Origin: an uncultured Elusimicrobia bacterium
Lineage (GTDB): Bacteria > Elusimicrobiota > Elusimicrobia > UBA1565 > UBA9628
Reading direction: 5' to 3'
Length of the DNA: 64,000 nt
Assembly: GCA_964600165.1 (NCBI GenBank)
Contig: CAZRIP010000004.1
Coordinates: forward strand, 5,883-69,882
The notes under the pieces are model-generated. The model was not told the origin of the DNA and did not search any database. It saw only the letters and a list, made by a program, of their open reading frames with translations. The position numbers were made by a program, and so were the translations under genes. Each line of letters opens with the position of its first letter. The first letter of the stretch is position 1. Shown piece after piece: positions 1 through 8,984 of the stretch.

Positions 1-1788
1 GCCGTCGATTACAAGCTCTGGAATCTCGACGCATTCGGCTACCACCTGATGAACCTGCTGCTGCACGCGCTGGCCGCGCTGCTTTTTTACCGCGTCTGCC
101 TCGATCTTTTCGATAGGGCGGCGGCGCGCGCCGGTTCCGAGGCGGCGGCTTGGTGCGCAGCGCTCTCCGCGCTCTTCTTCGCCGTCCATCCGCTGCGCGT
201 CGAATCGGTGGCCTGGGCGACGGAGCGCAAGGACGTCTTGTCGGGCGTTTTTCTCTTCGCCGCGATCGCGCTGTACTTGCGGGGGCGGCGGCTGGCCGCG
301 CCGGCTTGCTTCGCTCTTTCGCTCGCGGTCAAAGGAGCCGGGGTGGCGCTGCCGGCCGCGCTCGTCGTGCTCGAGATATATCCCCTGCGCCGCCTCCCCG
401 CGGACCCGAGGCGGTGGCTCGCGCCGCGGCATCGCCCGTTATGGCTCGGCTTGGCCCCCTTCGCCGTGCTCGGTCTCGGCGGCGCGGCGCTCAACACCGC
501 CGCCGGCGTGGCGAGAGACGTCATCCACCCGCTCTCCGAGCGCGGGCTGCTCCTGCGCGCGGGCCAAGTCGCGTACAGCCTCGTCTTTTATCCCTGGAAG
601 ACCGCCTTCCCGGCGAACCTCGCGGCGTATTACCCTCCCGGGCCCTGGTTCGGCTCCTGGTCCTGGCCGTTGTGGGCCTGCGCGGCGGCCGCGGGCTGCG
701 CCGCCGGCGCGGCTTGGCTCTTGGCGCGGCGAGGCCGGCCCCTCTTGGCGGCGGCGCTCGCCGCTTACGTCGCGCTGCTGTTGCCTTCTTCCGGGATCGC
801 GCAGCTCGGCATCCCGTTCAGCGCCTGCGACCGCTACTCTTACATCTCCTGCCTGCCGTTCGCGCTGCTCTTCGGCGCCGCGCTCGGCGCGCGCGGGCGC
901 TCGGGGCGTCTGGCGGCCGCCGTCTGGCTGCTCGCGCTCGGCTCGTGGAGCCGGGCGCAATGCGCCGTCTGGCGCGACACGGAAACGCTCTGGCGCGCCG
1001 CCGACGCGCGGGCGCCGTCCGCCCTGGCCTTGAGCAACCTCGGCGCGACGCTCGTCGAGGCCGGCCATTTCGACGAGGGCGTCGCCGTCCTCGAGAGCGC
1101 GACGCGGCTTTATCCGCGCATGGCGCTGCCCTACGCGAACCTCGGCGTCGCGCGCCTGAAGGTGGGCGACCAGAGGGGCGCCGTGGAGGCGTTCAAGATG
1201 GGCCTCTTGCGCGAGGAGCCGGCCGATCTCCACGCCAAGCTCGGCCGCGTCCTGGCCGCCGCCGGAGACGACGAGCTCCCGGCGGCGATCGCGCAGCTGC
1301 GCGCCGCGATCGCGCTGACGAAGGACAATCTTCCGTCGCGCTTCGAGCTCGCCGGCGCGCTGACGCGCCTGGGCAAGTACGACGAGGCCGACGCGCAATA
1401 CGCGCTCGTCGCCGGCGCCGAGCCGAAATATCCGAGGCTGCTCGCCAACTGGGGCCTGCTCGCCGCGCGCCGGGGAGACGCCGCGCTCGCCGTCTCGCGC
1501 TATCGCCGCGCCCTCTACGAGCGCGACGGCCGCCCCGAGGCGAACTACAACTGGGGCAACGCGCTGATGGACGCGGGCCGCCTCGACGAGGCCGAGCGGC
1601 ACTACCATGAGGCCGTGCGTCTGGCGCCCGAGCTCGCGCAGGCGCGGGTCAATCTCGGCAACATCGCCGCGCGGCGCGGGCGCTGGCGCGAGGCGGCGGC
1701 GTTCTACCGGGCCGCGCTCAAGACGTCTCCGGGCTTGAAGGAAGCCGAGCACAACCTGGCCGCCGTCCGGCGGGCCTTCGGGCTTTAA
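1..1788 (+). CDS. GT-C family membrane glycosyltransferase, TMTC/PMT-like (DUF1736-type core) with C-terminal TPR repeats. The 5' end is truncated by the window edge.
   Basis: Frame 1 is open from base 1. The hydrophobic N-terminal region (YHLMNLLLHALAALLFYRV...RVESVAWATERKDVL) matches the DUF1736 core of TMTC-like O-mannosyltransferases. The C-terminal half is made of multiple TPR-like repeats (NLGATLVEAGHFDEG, YANLGVARLKVGD, NWGNALMDAGRLDEAERHY). Confidence 0.6.
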   Translation, partial: AVDYKLWNLDAFGYHLMNLLLHALAALLFYRVCLDLFDRAAARAGSEAAAWCAALSALFFAVHPLRVESVAWATERKDVLSGVFLFAAIALYLRGRRLAAPACFALSLAVKGAGVALPAALVVLEIYPLRRLPADPRRWLAPRHRPLWLGLAPFAVLGLGGAALNTAAGVARDVIHPLSERGLLLRAGQVAYSLVFYPWKTAFPANLAAYYPPGPWFGSWSWPLWACAAAAGCAAGAAWLLARRGRPLLAAALAAYVALLLPSSGIAQLGIPFSACDRYSYISCLPFALLFGAALGARGRSGRLAAAVWLLALGSWSRAQCAVWRDTETLWRAADARAPSALALSNLGATLVEAGHFDEGVAVLESATRLYPRMALPYANLGVARLKVGDQRGAVEAFKMGLLREEPADLHAKLGRVLAAAGDDELPAAIAQLRAAIALTKDNLPSRFELAGALTRLGKYDEADAQYALVAGAEPKYPRLLANWGLLAARRGDAALAVSRYRRALYERDGRPEANYNWGNALMDAGRLDEAERHYHEAVRLAPELAQARVNLGNIAARRGRWREAAAFYRAALKTSPGLKEAEHNLAAVRRAFGL

Positions 1789-3098
1789 CGCGGGGCCGTG
1801 TAGGAGCCCGAGGCCGACACGGAGATCGAGGTGTTCGTGAACTGCATGTTCACGAGGGCGTTCTTGGCGATGACGCCGCCGGCGTTTTGCAGCGTGACGG
1901 TCGTCTGGCCGAAACTGGCGCCGCCGCCCGTGGAGTAGGGCCCGGTCACTCCGGTAAGATGGCCCGAGAGCTGGACCGTGGAGTTGCCGCTCAAGCTCGC
2001 GAAGCTGATCGGAGTGATGTAGGAGACCGTGTCGCCGTTGCTGTCGACGAGGTGCACGCAGGAGTCGCTCATCGTGTCGCCGAGCACGCGGGCCGAGAAA
2101 TCGATCGTCAGCATGAAATTCGACGTCGCGGCGCCGGTGCAGCCCGTGCAGTTGACGGGCGCGCCGGTGACGCTGTAGAGCCCGGACCCCTGAAAGAGCG
2201 TGCGGACCTGGTCCCAGGTCGCGACGCCGTCGGGGATGCCGCCCGCGCCTTGCTGGTTGGCGTTGGTCACGAGGGTGTCGCCGGAGTTCGCCAGCAGGGT
2301 CGTGTCGTTCGCGTCGGCGGCGAGCGCGCCGCCCGAGGCCGTGGCCTTGCCCGACGCGTCGGCGATCGAGCCGCTTCGGGGAGACGGGTCCGCCCCCGCG
2401 TTGGAGCCCGCGCCCCCGCCCGAGGACCTGCCGGCCTGGACGGACAAGGCGCCCATCATGCTGTTGAGCTGAGAGGACATGTTGACCGCGGGGCCGGGGG
2501 ATTGGCCCGGCGTGATCGTCGAGCCGAACCCGGGACGGCTCAAGTTCGTGGTCTGGCCGTTGTTCGTCACGAAGATGCCGGCCGAGCTTTCGCCGGCGTC
2601 GTTGCCGCCGCCCGCGCCGGCGTTGATCACCGTCGAGCCGTTGGCGTCCGTCTGCACCACGCCGACGGAGCCGCGGATGCCGATCGTGCCCACCGCGAGC
2701 TTGATCTTCATCTGGTCCGGGTCCTTGTGAGCGACTTTCCCGGTGACGAAGCGGAACGTCCCCTTGACGAAATTCGCCGCGACCTTGCCGGTGCTCGTGT
2801 TGGGGTCGTAGACGAACTCGTCCAAGACCATGTCGCTGCTCGGCCCGAGCGTGAAGACCGTCTCGTCGCGCAGCAGCACTTGGAGATGCCCCGCAGCGTC
2901 GGTGGTGACGTGATCGTTGGCGTAGAGCGCCTTTCCGCTTTCGATGACGCGGCCGGCGGTCGTGTTCGGCGCGACGGCGTTGACCTTGCCGCGGACGGCG
3001 GCGGCGGTGCCGATGTTGAGGGGGGCTTGCGCCAGGGCCGGCTCGACGATGAGCGCGGCGACGAGGAGAGTCGAAAAGAGTCTTCGTGCGATGAGCAT
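1785..3098 (-). CDS. FecR-domain secreted protein with a long Gly/Ser/Thr-rich C-terminal region
   Basis: Signal peptide (MLIARRLFSTLLVAALIVEPALAQA) after a GGGAGA RBS. The N-terminal FecR-like region reads ...GRVIESGKALYANDHVTTDAAGHLQVLLRDETVFTLGPSSDMVL. An alternative upstream ATG at 3131 would overlap the neighbouring gene. Confidence 0.6.
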   Translation of the reverse strand: MLIARRLFSTLLVAALIVEPALAQAPLNIGTAAAVRGKVNAVAPNTTAGRVIESGKALYANDHVTTDAAGHLQVLLRDETVFTLGPSSDMVLDEFVYDPNTSTGKVAANFVKGTFRFVTGKVAHKDPDQMKIKLAVGTIGIRGSVGVVQTDANGSTVINAGAGGGNDAGESSAGIFVTNNGQTTNLSRPGFGSTITPGQSPGPAVNMSSQLNSMMGALSVQAGRSSGGGAGSNAGADPSPRSGSIADASGKATASGGALAADANDTTLLANSGDTLVTNANQQGAGGIPDGVATWDQVRTLFQGSGLYSVTGAPVNCTGCTGAATSNFMLTIDFSARVLGDTMSDSCVHLVDSNGDTVSYITPISFASLSGNSTVQLSGHLTGVTGPYSTGGGASFGQTTVTLQNAGGVIAKNALVNMQFTNTSISVSASGSYTAPR

Positions 3099-3112
3099 GA
3101 GAGTCTCCCGGC

Positions 3113-4513
3113 CTAGAGGCCGACGTCCCATTTATACGTCAGCATCCCGACGATCTTGTTGTTGGTGTAAGCGTAGTTCTCGACGGAAGACTGGGCCCAA
3201 TAGTACTCGTAGGTGAAAGTGAAAAGCAAGTCCTTGAGCTTGGGGTGCAGCAGCGTCAGCGGCGCGCCGTAGGTCGCGTCGACGCGGGTGATCGTGTCGC
3301 GCCGATAGACCGGGCTCAAAGCGACGTCCGGATCTTGGTACTGGTCGTAGTAGACGTTGCCCGAGAGCAGGCCGAAAGTCCCCTTGCCGAGAAGCAGCAC
3401 GGCGTTGGCGCCGACCCCGTCGCGCATATACGAGTAAAAGTGCTGCGCGGCGCGCTTGATCGAGTGGTCGTAGTTCAAGCCCACGCGCAGCTTCGGGTTG
3501 ACGATGTAATCGCCGCCCGCCGTCCAATCCATCTGCAGGCCGGTCCGGTCTCCGGCGCTCGGCACGACGGCGGTCGGCTGGTATTCCTGGAAGACGTGCC
3601 GCATGTCGGCCCAGAGGCTGAGCTCCTTGCTGACTTTCTTGTCGAGCCGGATGTCGACTCCGTGGTCGCGCAGGAACGTCGTTTGCGCGAGCAGCACGTG
3701 GTCGAACACGGCCGTGGGCGTGATGTCGGCCCAGCGGCTCTTGTAGACGCCGCCGCCGGCGAGCGAGTACGCCTGAAGGTTGAGGATCTTGACCAGGGTC
3801 TGCTCCGCTCGATAGTAATTGGCGGTCGCGAAGGCCTCATGGCCGGCCTGGGTTCCCAGGTCGTGATGGACCTCGAAGTTGGCGAGGTAGACTTGCGCCG
3901 TGTCGTCGCGGCGCTGGTTGGTGCCGGTGAGCTGGATCTCCGTCCCGCCGAAGAGGCGCTTGTCGGTCGAGGGCGTCGCCGTGCGGTTGTCGTCGTACTC
4001 CATGCCCGCGGACAGGCGGCCCGAGAGGTGCGTGTGCTTTTGCCGTTTGTGGACCTCGCCGAGGTACTGCTCGGCCTCGGCCTTGATGCCGGAGGGCGGG
4101 TTCGACGCCACGAGGTTGGCGAGCTCGCGGTCGGCCTCGCCGAGGTTGTCGAGGCGAAGGAGCACGACGCCGTAGAGCAGCCGGACCTTGGGCAGGTTCG
4201 GGTTGATCATCAGGATGCGCTCGAGGGTGGCCGACGCCCCCTTGAGCTCGCCGCGCTTGATCTGCCCGAGCGCGTAGCGATAGTTGAGCTCGAGATCGTC
4301 CGGCTGCGCGAGCACTTGCTCGTAGGTCACGTCGGCGCCCGGGGCGATGTAGCGGGAGGACTGTTGCGAGGTCTCCGCCGCTTGCTCCTGCTGGTTCTCG
4401 GCTTGGCCCGGCTTCTGGCCTTCCTTTTCGATGACGTCGGGGTTCGGGTTCTGCGCCCAGGACGGCGCGCAGAGAGCGAGCAGCAGCAGCAGGGAGAGGG
4501 GCTTTGAGGTCAT
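3113..4513 (-). CDS. Outer-membrane protein with an N-terminal TPR region and a C-terminal beta-barrel (Slam/DUF560-like architecture)
   Basis: Signal peptide (MTSKPLSLLLLLALCAPSWAQ) preceded by an AGGAGC RBS. There is a TPR-like helical region, then alternating amphipathic strands with an aromatic-rich C-terminus (...MLTYKWDVGL) typical of beta-barrels. Confidence 0.5.
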   Translation of the reverse strand: MTSKPLSLLLLLALCAPSWAQNPNPDVIEKEGQKPGQAENQQEQAAETSQQSSRYIAPGADVTYEQVLAQPDDLELNYRYALGQIKRGELKGASATLERILMINPNLPKVRLLYGVVLLRLDNLGEADRELANLVASNPPSGIKAEAEQYLGEVHKRQKHTHLSGRLSAGMEYDDNRTATPSTDKRLFGGTEIQLTGTNQRRDDTAQVYLANFEVHHDLGTQAGHEAFATANYYRAEQTLVKILNLQAYSLAGGGVYKSRWADITPTAVFDHVLLAQTTFLRDHGVDIRLDKKVSKELSLWADMRHVFQEYQPTAVVPSAGDRTGLQMDWTAGGDYIVNPKLRVGLNYDHSIKRAAQHFYSYMRDGVGANAVLLLGKGTFGLLSGNVYYDQYQDPDVALSPVYRRDTITRVDATYGAPLTLLHPKLKDLLFTFTYEYYWAQSSVENYAYTNNKIVGMLTYKWDVGL

Positions 4514-4625
4514 GGAACGAGGGCGCTCCTGGTCATTGGGTCGTCGAGAAACGTCAATCTTCCCACAATAAGGAGTATTTGTCAATTCTCATTGCGTCAT
4601 AGAGAAAAATCGGCCAAAATGGGGC

Positions 4626-6899
4626 GTGCCTTTCACCCCGCGGAAATTCCAGGCCGCCCGCCGCTGGCTGCGCCAGCGCAGCAACGCGCTCTATCGCTGG
4701 GCGCACGTCATCGTGCCCGCCGCGCTGCTGTTCTCGGCCGTTTGGATGCGCGTGCGCGGCTGGGGCTGGACCGAGGCGATCCAGCACAAGGCTTTCGACA
4801 CGCTGCTCAGCCTGCGTCCCCGTCCCTACGAGCCGGCGCCGGTCAAGATCGTCGATCTCGACGACGAGACGCTCCACCGCCTCGGCCAGTGGCCGTGGCC
4901 GAGGACCTTGCTCGCGGACCTCGTCCGGAGGCTTTCCAGGGACGGCGCCGCCGTCGTCGCCTTCGACTCCGTGTTCCCGGAGCCCGACCGCACCTCGCCC
5001 GAGCGCGTCGTCGCCACGTGGCCGGACGCGCCGGATCTTTCCGCGATCAAGGCGCGGGTCAAATCCCTCCCCGATCACGACGAGGTCTTCGCCCGCGCGG
5101 TCGCGAAGGCCGGCAACGTCGTCTTAGGCTTCGCGCTCACCGCCGACGACAACGACGTCACTCCCGCGCCCAAGGCGCGCTTCGCCTTCGCCGGCGACGG
5201 CCCGCTCTCCTATCTTTTCAATTACCCCGGAGGCGTGGCCAATCTTCCGATCCTCGAGAAAGCGGCGGCCGGCAACGGCGGCTTCGGATTCACGGCCGAG
5301 CACGACGGGGTGATCCGCCGCGCCCCGCTGCTTTTTAGGCGCGGGCAGACGCTCTTGCCCTCGCTGTCGCTCGAGGCCTTGCGCGTCGCTCAGGGCGCGA
5401 CCAACATCTCGGTCAAGGCCTCGGGAGCCAGCGGCGAGCAGAGTTACGGCGAGCACACGGGCATCGCCCGGCTCAAGGTCGGCCAGTTCCAGGTCCCGAC
5501 CGATGAGAACGGCCGGATTTGGGTCTATTACACCGAGCCCGCGCCCGAGCGCGTCATCCCGATCTGGAAGATCTTCGAAAAGGGCTTCGATCCCGCGCCG
5601 CTGCAAGGCGCGATCGTCTTCTTCGGCACGAGCGCGGCGGGCCTCAAGGACTTGCGCGCGACGCCGCTCAATCCCGCGGCCGCCGGCGTCGAGGTGCACG
5701 CCAACATCGCCGAGCAAGTCCTTCTGCAGAAGTTCCTGCGGCGGCCGGATTGGGCGAGCGGCGCCGAGGTCCTTTATATGGTCGGTCTGGGCGTGATCCT
5801 TCTGATCCTCCTGCCGCGCCTGGGCGCGGCGCTGTGCGCGCCCGTCGGCTTGGGCGGCGTGGTCGCCGCGCTGTGGCTCTCTTGGCACGCGTTCACCCAG
5901 TGGAACTATCTCATCGACCCCGTCTTCCCGTCGATGACGATGCTGCTCATCTACATGTCGTCCTCGCTGATCAGCTACCTCAAGAGCGAGGCCGAGCGCC
6001 GTCATCTGCGCGGCACGCTCTCGCGCTATCTTTCGCCCAAGCTCGCCGAGCAGATCGCCAAGCACCCCGAGAAGCTCAAGCTCGGCGGCGAGACGCGCAC
6101 GATGACCTTCCACTTCTGCGACATCCGCGGCTTCACGACGATCTCCGAGCAGTTCGATCCGCACGGCTTGACCCAGTTCATCAACCGCTTCTTGACCCCG
6201 ATGACGAACATCATCTTCGACAACAACGGCACGGTCGACAAGTACATGGGCGACTGCATCATGGCGTTCTGGAACGCGCCGCTCGAGGACGCCGACCACG
6301 TCAAGAACGCGTGCAAGGCCGCGCTAGCGATGCACGAGAAGCTCCGGCAGCTCAACGCCGAGTGGGAGGCGGAAGCCAAGGCCGCCGGCAAGAAGTTCAT
6401 CCCGATCCACATCGGCACGGGCTTGAACACCGGCCCCTGCGTCGTCGGCAACATGGGCAGCGACCAGCGCTTCGACTATTCCGTCCTCGGCGACGACGTC
6501 AACCTCGCCTCGCGCCTCGAGGGCCAATCGAAGACCTACGGCGTCGACGTGGTGGTCGGCCCCGTCACCAAGGACACGGCGGGGGACTTCGCTTTCATCG
6601 AGCTCGATCTGATCAAGGTCAAAGGCAAGACCAAGCCCGTGCGCATCTTCGCGCTGATGGGAGGTCCGGCGGTCAAGGCCAAGCCGGAGTTCCAAGCGCT
6701 CGACGGCGAGCACCAGAAGATGCTCTCCGCGTACCGCCACCAGAATTGGGATCACGCGCGCGAGCTCATCGAGAAATGCAAGACGTTTCCCTTCCCGCTC
6801 GAAAAGCTTTATCATCTCTACGAGGAGCGCATCGCGCTCTACAGCGTCCAATCTCCGGGCAACGACTGGGACGGGACGTTCACCGCGACCACGAAATGA
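4626..6899 (+). CDS. CHASE2 sensor domain-containing class III adenylate/guanylate cyclase
   Basis: GTG start. The N-terminal periplasmic CHASE2-like region sits between transmembrane segments. The C-terminal cyclase homology domain has FCDIRGFTTISE...VDKYMGDCIMAFWNAP...GIHTGLNTGPCVVGNMGS...SVLGDDVNLASRLEG. Confidence 0.85.
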   Translation: MPFTPRKFQAARRWLRQRSNALYRWAHVIVPAALLFSAVWMRVRGWGWTEAIQHKAFDTLLSLRPRPYEPAPVKIVDLDDETLHRLGQWPWPRTLLADLVRRLSRDGAAVVAFDSVFPEPDRTSPERVVATWPDAPDLSAIKARVKSLPDHDEVFARAVAKAGNVVLGFALTADDNDVTPAPKARFAFAGDGPLSYLFNYPGGVANLPILEKAAAGNGGFGFTAEHDGVIRRAPLLFRRGQTLLPSLSLEALRVAQGATNISVKASGASGEQSYGEHTGIARLKVGQFQVPTDENGRIWVYYTEPAPERVIPIWKIFEKGFDPAPLQGAIVFFGTSAAGLKDLRATPLNPAAAGVEVHANIAEQVLLQKFLRRPDWASGAEVLYMVGLGVILLILLPRLGAALCAPVGLGGVVAALWLSWHAFTQWNYLIDPVFPSMTMLLIYMSSSLISYLKSEAERRHLRGTLSRYLSPKLAEQIAKHPEKLKLGGETRTMTFHFCDIRGFTTISEQFDPHGLTQFINRFLTPMTNIIFDNNGTVDKYMGDCIMAFWNAPLEDADHVKNACKAALAMHEKLRQLNAEWEAEAKAAGKKFIPIHIGTGLNTGPCVVGNMGSDQRFDYSVLGDDVNLASRLEGQSKTYGVDVVVGPVTKDTAGDFAFIELDLIKVKGKTKPVRIFALMGGPAVKAKPEFQALDGEHQKMLSAYRHQNWDHARELIEKCKTFPFPLEKLYHLYEERIALYSVQSPGNDWDGTFTATTK

Positions 6900-7654
6900 C
6901 CAAACCCAAGCCGGCCAAGAAAGGCGTCCTCAAGGGCTCTCCTGCGGGCGTCGACGCGATCCGCTACAAGGTCCTGCTCGTCGACGACGACTCGGACAAC
7001 CGGATGGTGTTCCGCCATCGCCTCGAGGCCGACGGCTTCTCCGTCGTCGAGGCGGCCTCGGCCGTGGAGGGCTTCGCCGCGGCCGTCGACTCGAGGCCCG
7101 ACCTCGTCTTGACCGACGTCGCCATGCCCAACGGCGACGGCCTCTCGCTTTGCCGCAAGCTGCGGGGCGACCGCCGCACCTCGCGCGTGCCGATCATCAT
7201 GATGTCGGGCGTCCACAACAAGGAAGACGAGCAGCTCGCCGGCATCGAGGAAGGCGCCGACGACTACCTGCCGAAGACCTATCCTCCGCGCCTGCTCGCG
7301 GCCAAGCTGCGCTCGCTGTTGCGGCGTTTCGCGGCGCCCGAAGAGCTCGGCGACCAACTCAAGGCCGAGGGCCTCGTGCTCGACGTCCAGGCGCGGACCG
7401 TCGCCTATAAGGGGAAGCGCGTCGCGCTCACGCGCAAGGAGTTCGACCTGCTGACGACCCTGCTGCGCAAGCCGGGGCAGGTCCTGACCAACAACTTCCT
7501 GCTCGAGACCGTCTGGAATTACGATCCCGCCGACTACAACGATCCGCGCACGATCCAAACGCACGTCTCCTCCCTGCGCCGCAAGCTCGGCGACAAGCTC
7601 GCCGACCGCATCGTCTCGGTGCCCGGCCTGGGCTACCGCTTCGAAAAAGCGTAG
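6896..7654 (+). CDS. OmpR/PhoB-family response regulator (receiver plus winged-helix)
   Basis: ATGA overlap with the cyclase stop. The receiver reads VLLVDDDSDNR...DLVLTDVAMPNGDG...MMSG. The C-terminal winged helix reads LTRKEFDLLTTLLRKPGQVLT...YRFE. Confidence 0.85.
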   Translation: MTKPKPAKKGVLKGSPAGVDAIRYKVLLVDDDSDNRMVFRHRLEADGFSVVEAASAVEGFAAAVDSRPDLVLTDVAMPNGDGLSLCRKLRGDRRTSRVPIIMMSGVHNKEDEQLAGIEEGADDYLPKTYPPRLLAAKLRSLLRRFAAPEELGDQLKAEGLVLDVQARTVAYKGKRVALTRKEFDLLTTLLRKPGQVLTNNFLLETVWNYDPADYNDPRTIQTHVSSLRRKLGDKLADRIVSVPGLGYRFEKA

Positions 7655-7760
7655 CGCGCCGCTCCCGCCTTTAGAATCACTTGAGTCCCGCCTGAGATTT
7701 TCGAGAGCGCGGTAGCGTATCTTCATATCGGCGGCAACCTCGGCCTTTGGAGGTGTTCTC

Positions 7761-8315
7761 GTGAACAAGCTCCTCTGGGCGGAAAGTCTTCTCGCCGTGA
7801 CGTGCTGCTCGTTGACGAGCCAGGCGCGCGCTCCGGGTGTGCCGCCTCCGCCTTTGCCCAACGACCGCTTCGACGGGCTCATCCTTTCTTATTCGCAGCG
7901 GCGCGGACTGAACCCTCGGCTCGTCAAGGCGATCATCGCCACCGAGTCGCAGTTCTCGACGCGCGCGGTCTCGCCGGTGGGCGCCAGGGGCCTCATGCAG
8001 CTAATGCCTAAGACGGCCGCGGAGATGGGAGTCGCGGCTTACCGGCTGCACGACGCGGAGGCGAACATCGACGCCGGCACCGCGTACTTGCGGCGGCTGA
8101 CGGGACAGGCGCGCGCGCGCTACGGCGTGGCGCCGGGGACGCCGCTGCCGCGCTGGCTCGAGCGGCGCGTCGTGGCGGCCTATCACGGGGGCCCCCGCAA
8201 CATCGCGCGGGAAGGGTGGGCTCCGTCGACGCAGGACTACGTGCGCGACGTTTTCCGTCAGGCGCGTTCGCGGTCCTCGTCGCTGCGCGTGCGGGGCGAT
8301 TTCAGCAAATCTTGA
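7761..8315 (+). CDS. Lytic transglycosylase (SLT domain) protein
   Basis: GTG start after a GGAGGTG RBS, then a signal peptide. The SLT motif is ESQFSTRAVSPVGARGLMQLMPKTAAEMG...AYHGGP. Confidence 0.75.
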   Translation: MNKLLWAESLLAVTCCSLTSQARAPGVPPPPLPNDRFDGLILSYSQRRGLNPRLVKAIIATESQFSTRAVSPVGARGLMQLMPKTAAEMGVAAYRLHDAEANIDAGTAYLRRLTGQARARYGVAPGTPLPRWLERRVVAAYHGGPRNIAREGWAPSTQDYVRDVFRQARSRSSSLRVRGDFSKS

Positions 8316-8381
8316 GCGTTCGTTGAGCGCCGGGCGGCGGGAAAGGCGCTAAACTCCTGGCATGAAGACGGGGAGGAAAGG

Positions 8382-8984
8382 ATGAGGGACGAGCATGAGG
8401 CGATCGCGCTCAATAAATTATCCGATCTGTGCGGGCTTTCCCCGGGCGACGCCCGGCGTTGGGCGCGCGAGGACGGCTGGGCGCTCGAGCAGACCGACGA
8501 CGGGCCCGGCGCTCCTTGCCGCAGGCTGCGCGAGAGCCTCGAGGCCCGCGGCCTGCCGATCCCGCGCGCGATCGAGACCTGGCCGCGCGTGCTCGTGGCC
8601 GACGACGACCGCGACGTCCTCCAGATCATCGTATGGCTGATCCAACAAGCCTATCCTCAAGCGGACATCCGCGCGGTGGCCGACGGCGCCGGCGCGCTCA
8701 AGGCGATGAGGAGCTTCAAGCCGCACCTCCTGATCACGGACCTCAAGATGCCGGGAGCGGGAGGGCTGGCGTTGTGCCGGCGGGTCCGCAAGGACCACGA
8801 CCTCTCTGGCACGAGGATCCTCGCGATCAGCGGCCACGACAGCCGCGAAAGCCGACAGGCGCTCTTCGCCGGCGGCGCCGCCGAGTTCGTAGCCAAGCCC
8901 TTCGAGCCGCGGGAGATCAAGGAGTCGCTGGCGCGGCTGCTCGGGGAAGCGCCGGAAGAGCCGCTCAGTCTGCGCCGCGGGTAG
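8382..8984 (+). CDS. Response-regulator receiver-domain protein (REC with about a 70-aa N-terminal extension)
   Basis: RBS GGAGGAAAGG. Receiver motifs VLVADDDRDVL...LLITDLKMPGAGG...ISGH...KPF. It ends with TAG at 8982-8984, directly abutting the otsB frame. Confidence 0.75.
   Translation: MRDEHEAIALNKLSDLCGLSPGDARRWAREDGWALEQTDDGPGAPCRRLRESLEARGLPIPRAIETWPRVLVADDDRDVLQIIVWLIQQAYPQADIRAVADGAGALKAMRSFKPHLLITDLKMPGAGGLALCRRVRKDHDLSGTRILAISGHDSRESRQALFAGGAAEFVAKPFEPREIKESLARLLGEAPEEPLSLRRG

Noticed and set aside
150-1752. Long ORFs 150..1610 (+) and 439..1752 (-) overlapping the first gene
   Set aside because: They are Arg/Ala/Pro/Gly-rich low-complexity translations typical of alternative frames in 70% GC DNA. 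The frame-1 product has a coherent membrane plus TPR architecture.
5519-7654. 711-aa ORF 5519..7654 (+)
   Set aside because: Only the last 253 aa (from the ATG at 6896) form a response regulator. The upstream part is an out-of-frame overlap of the cyclase gene with Arg-rich junk composition.
8429-8980. ATG at 8429 as the otsB start (440-aa ORF)
   Set aside because: The 185 codons upstream of the HAD domain are an Arg-rich alternative frame of the receiver gene. The phosphatase homology begins only at about 8981.
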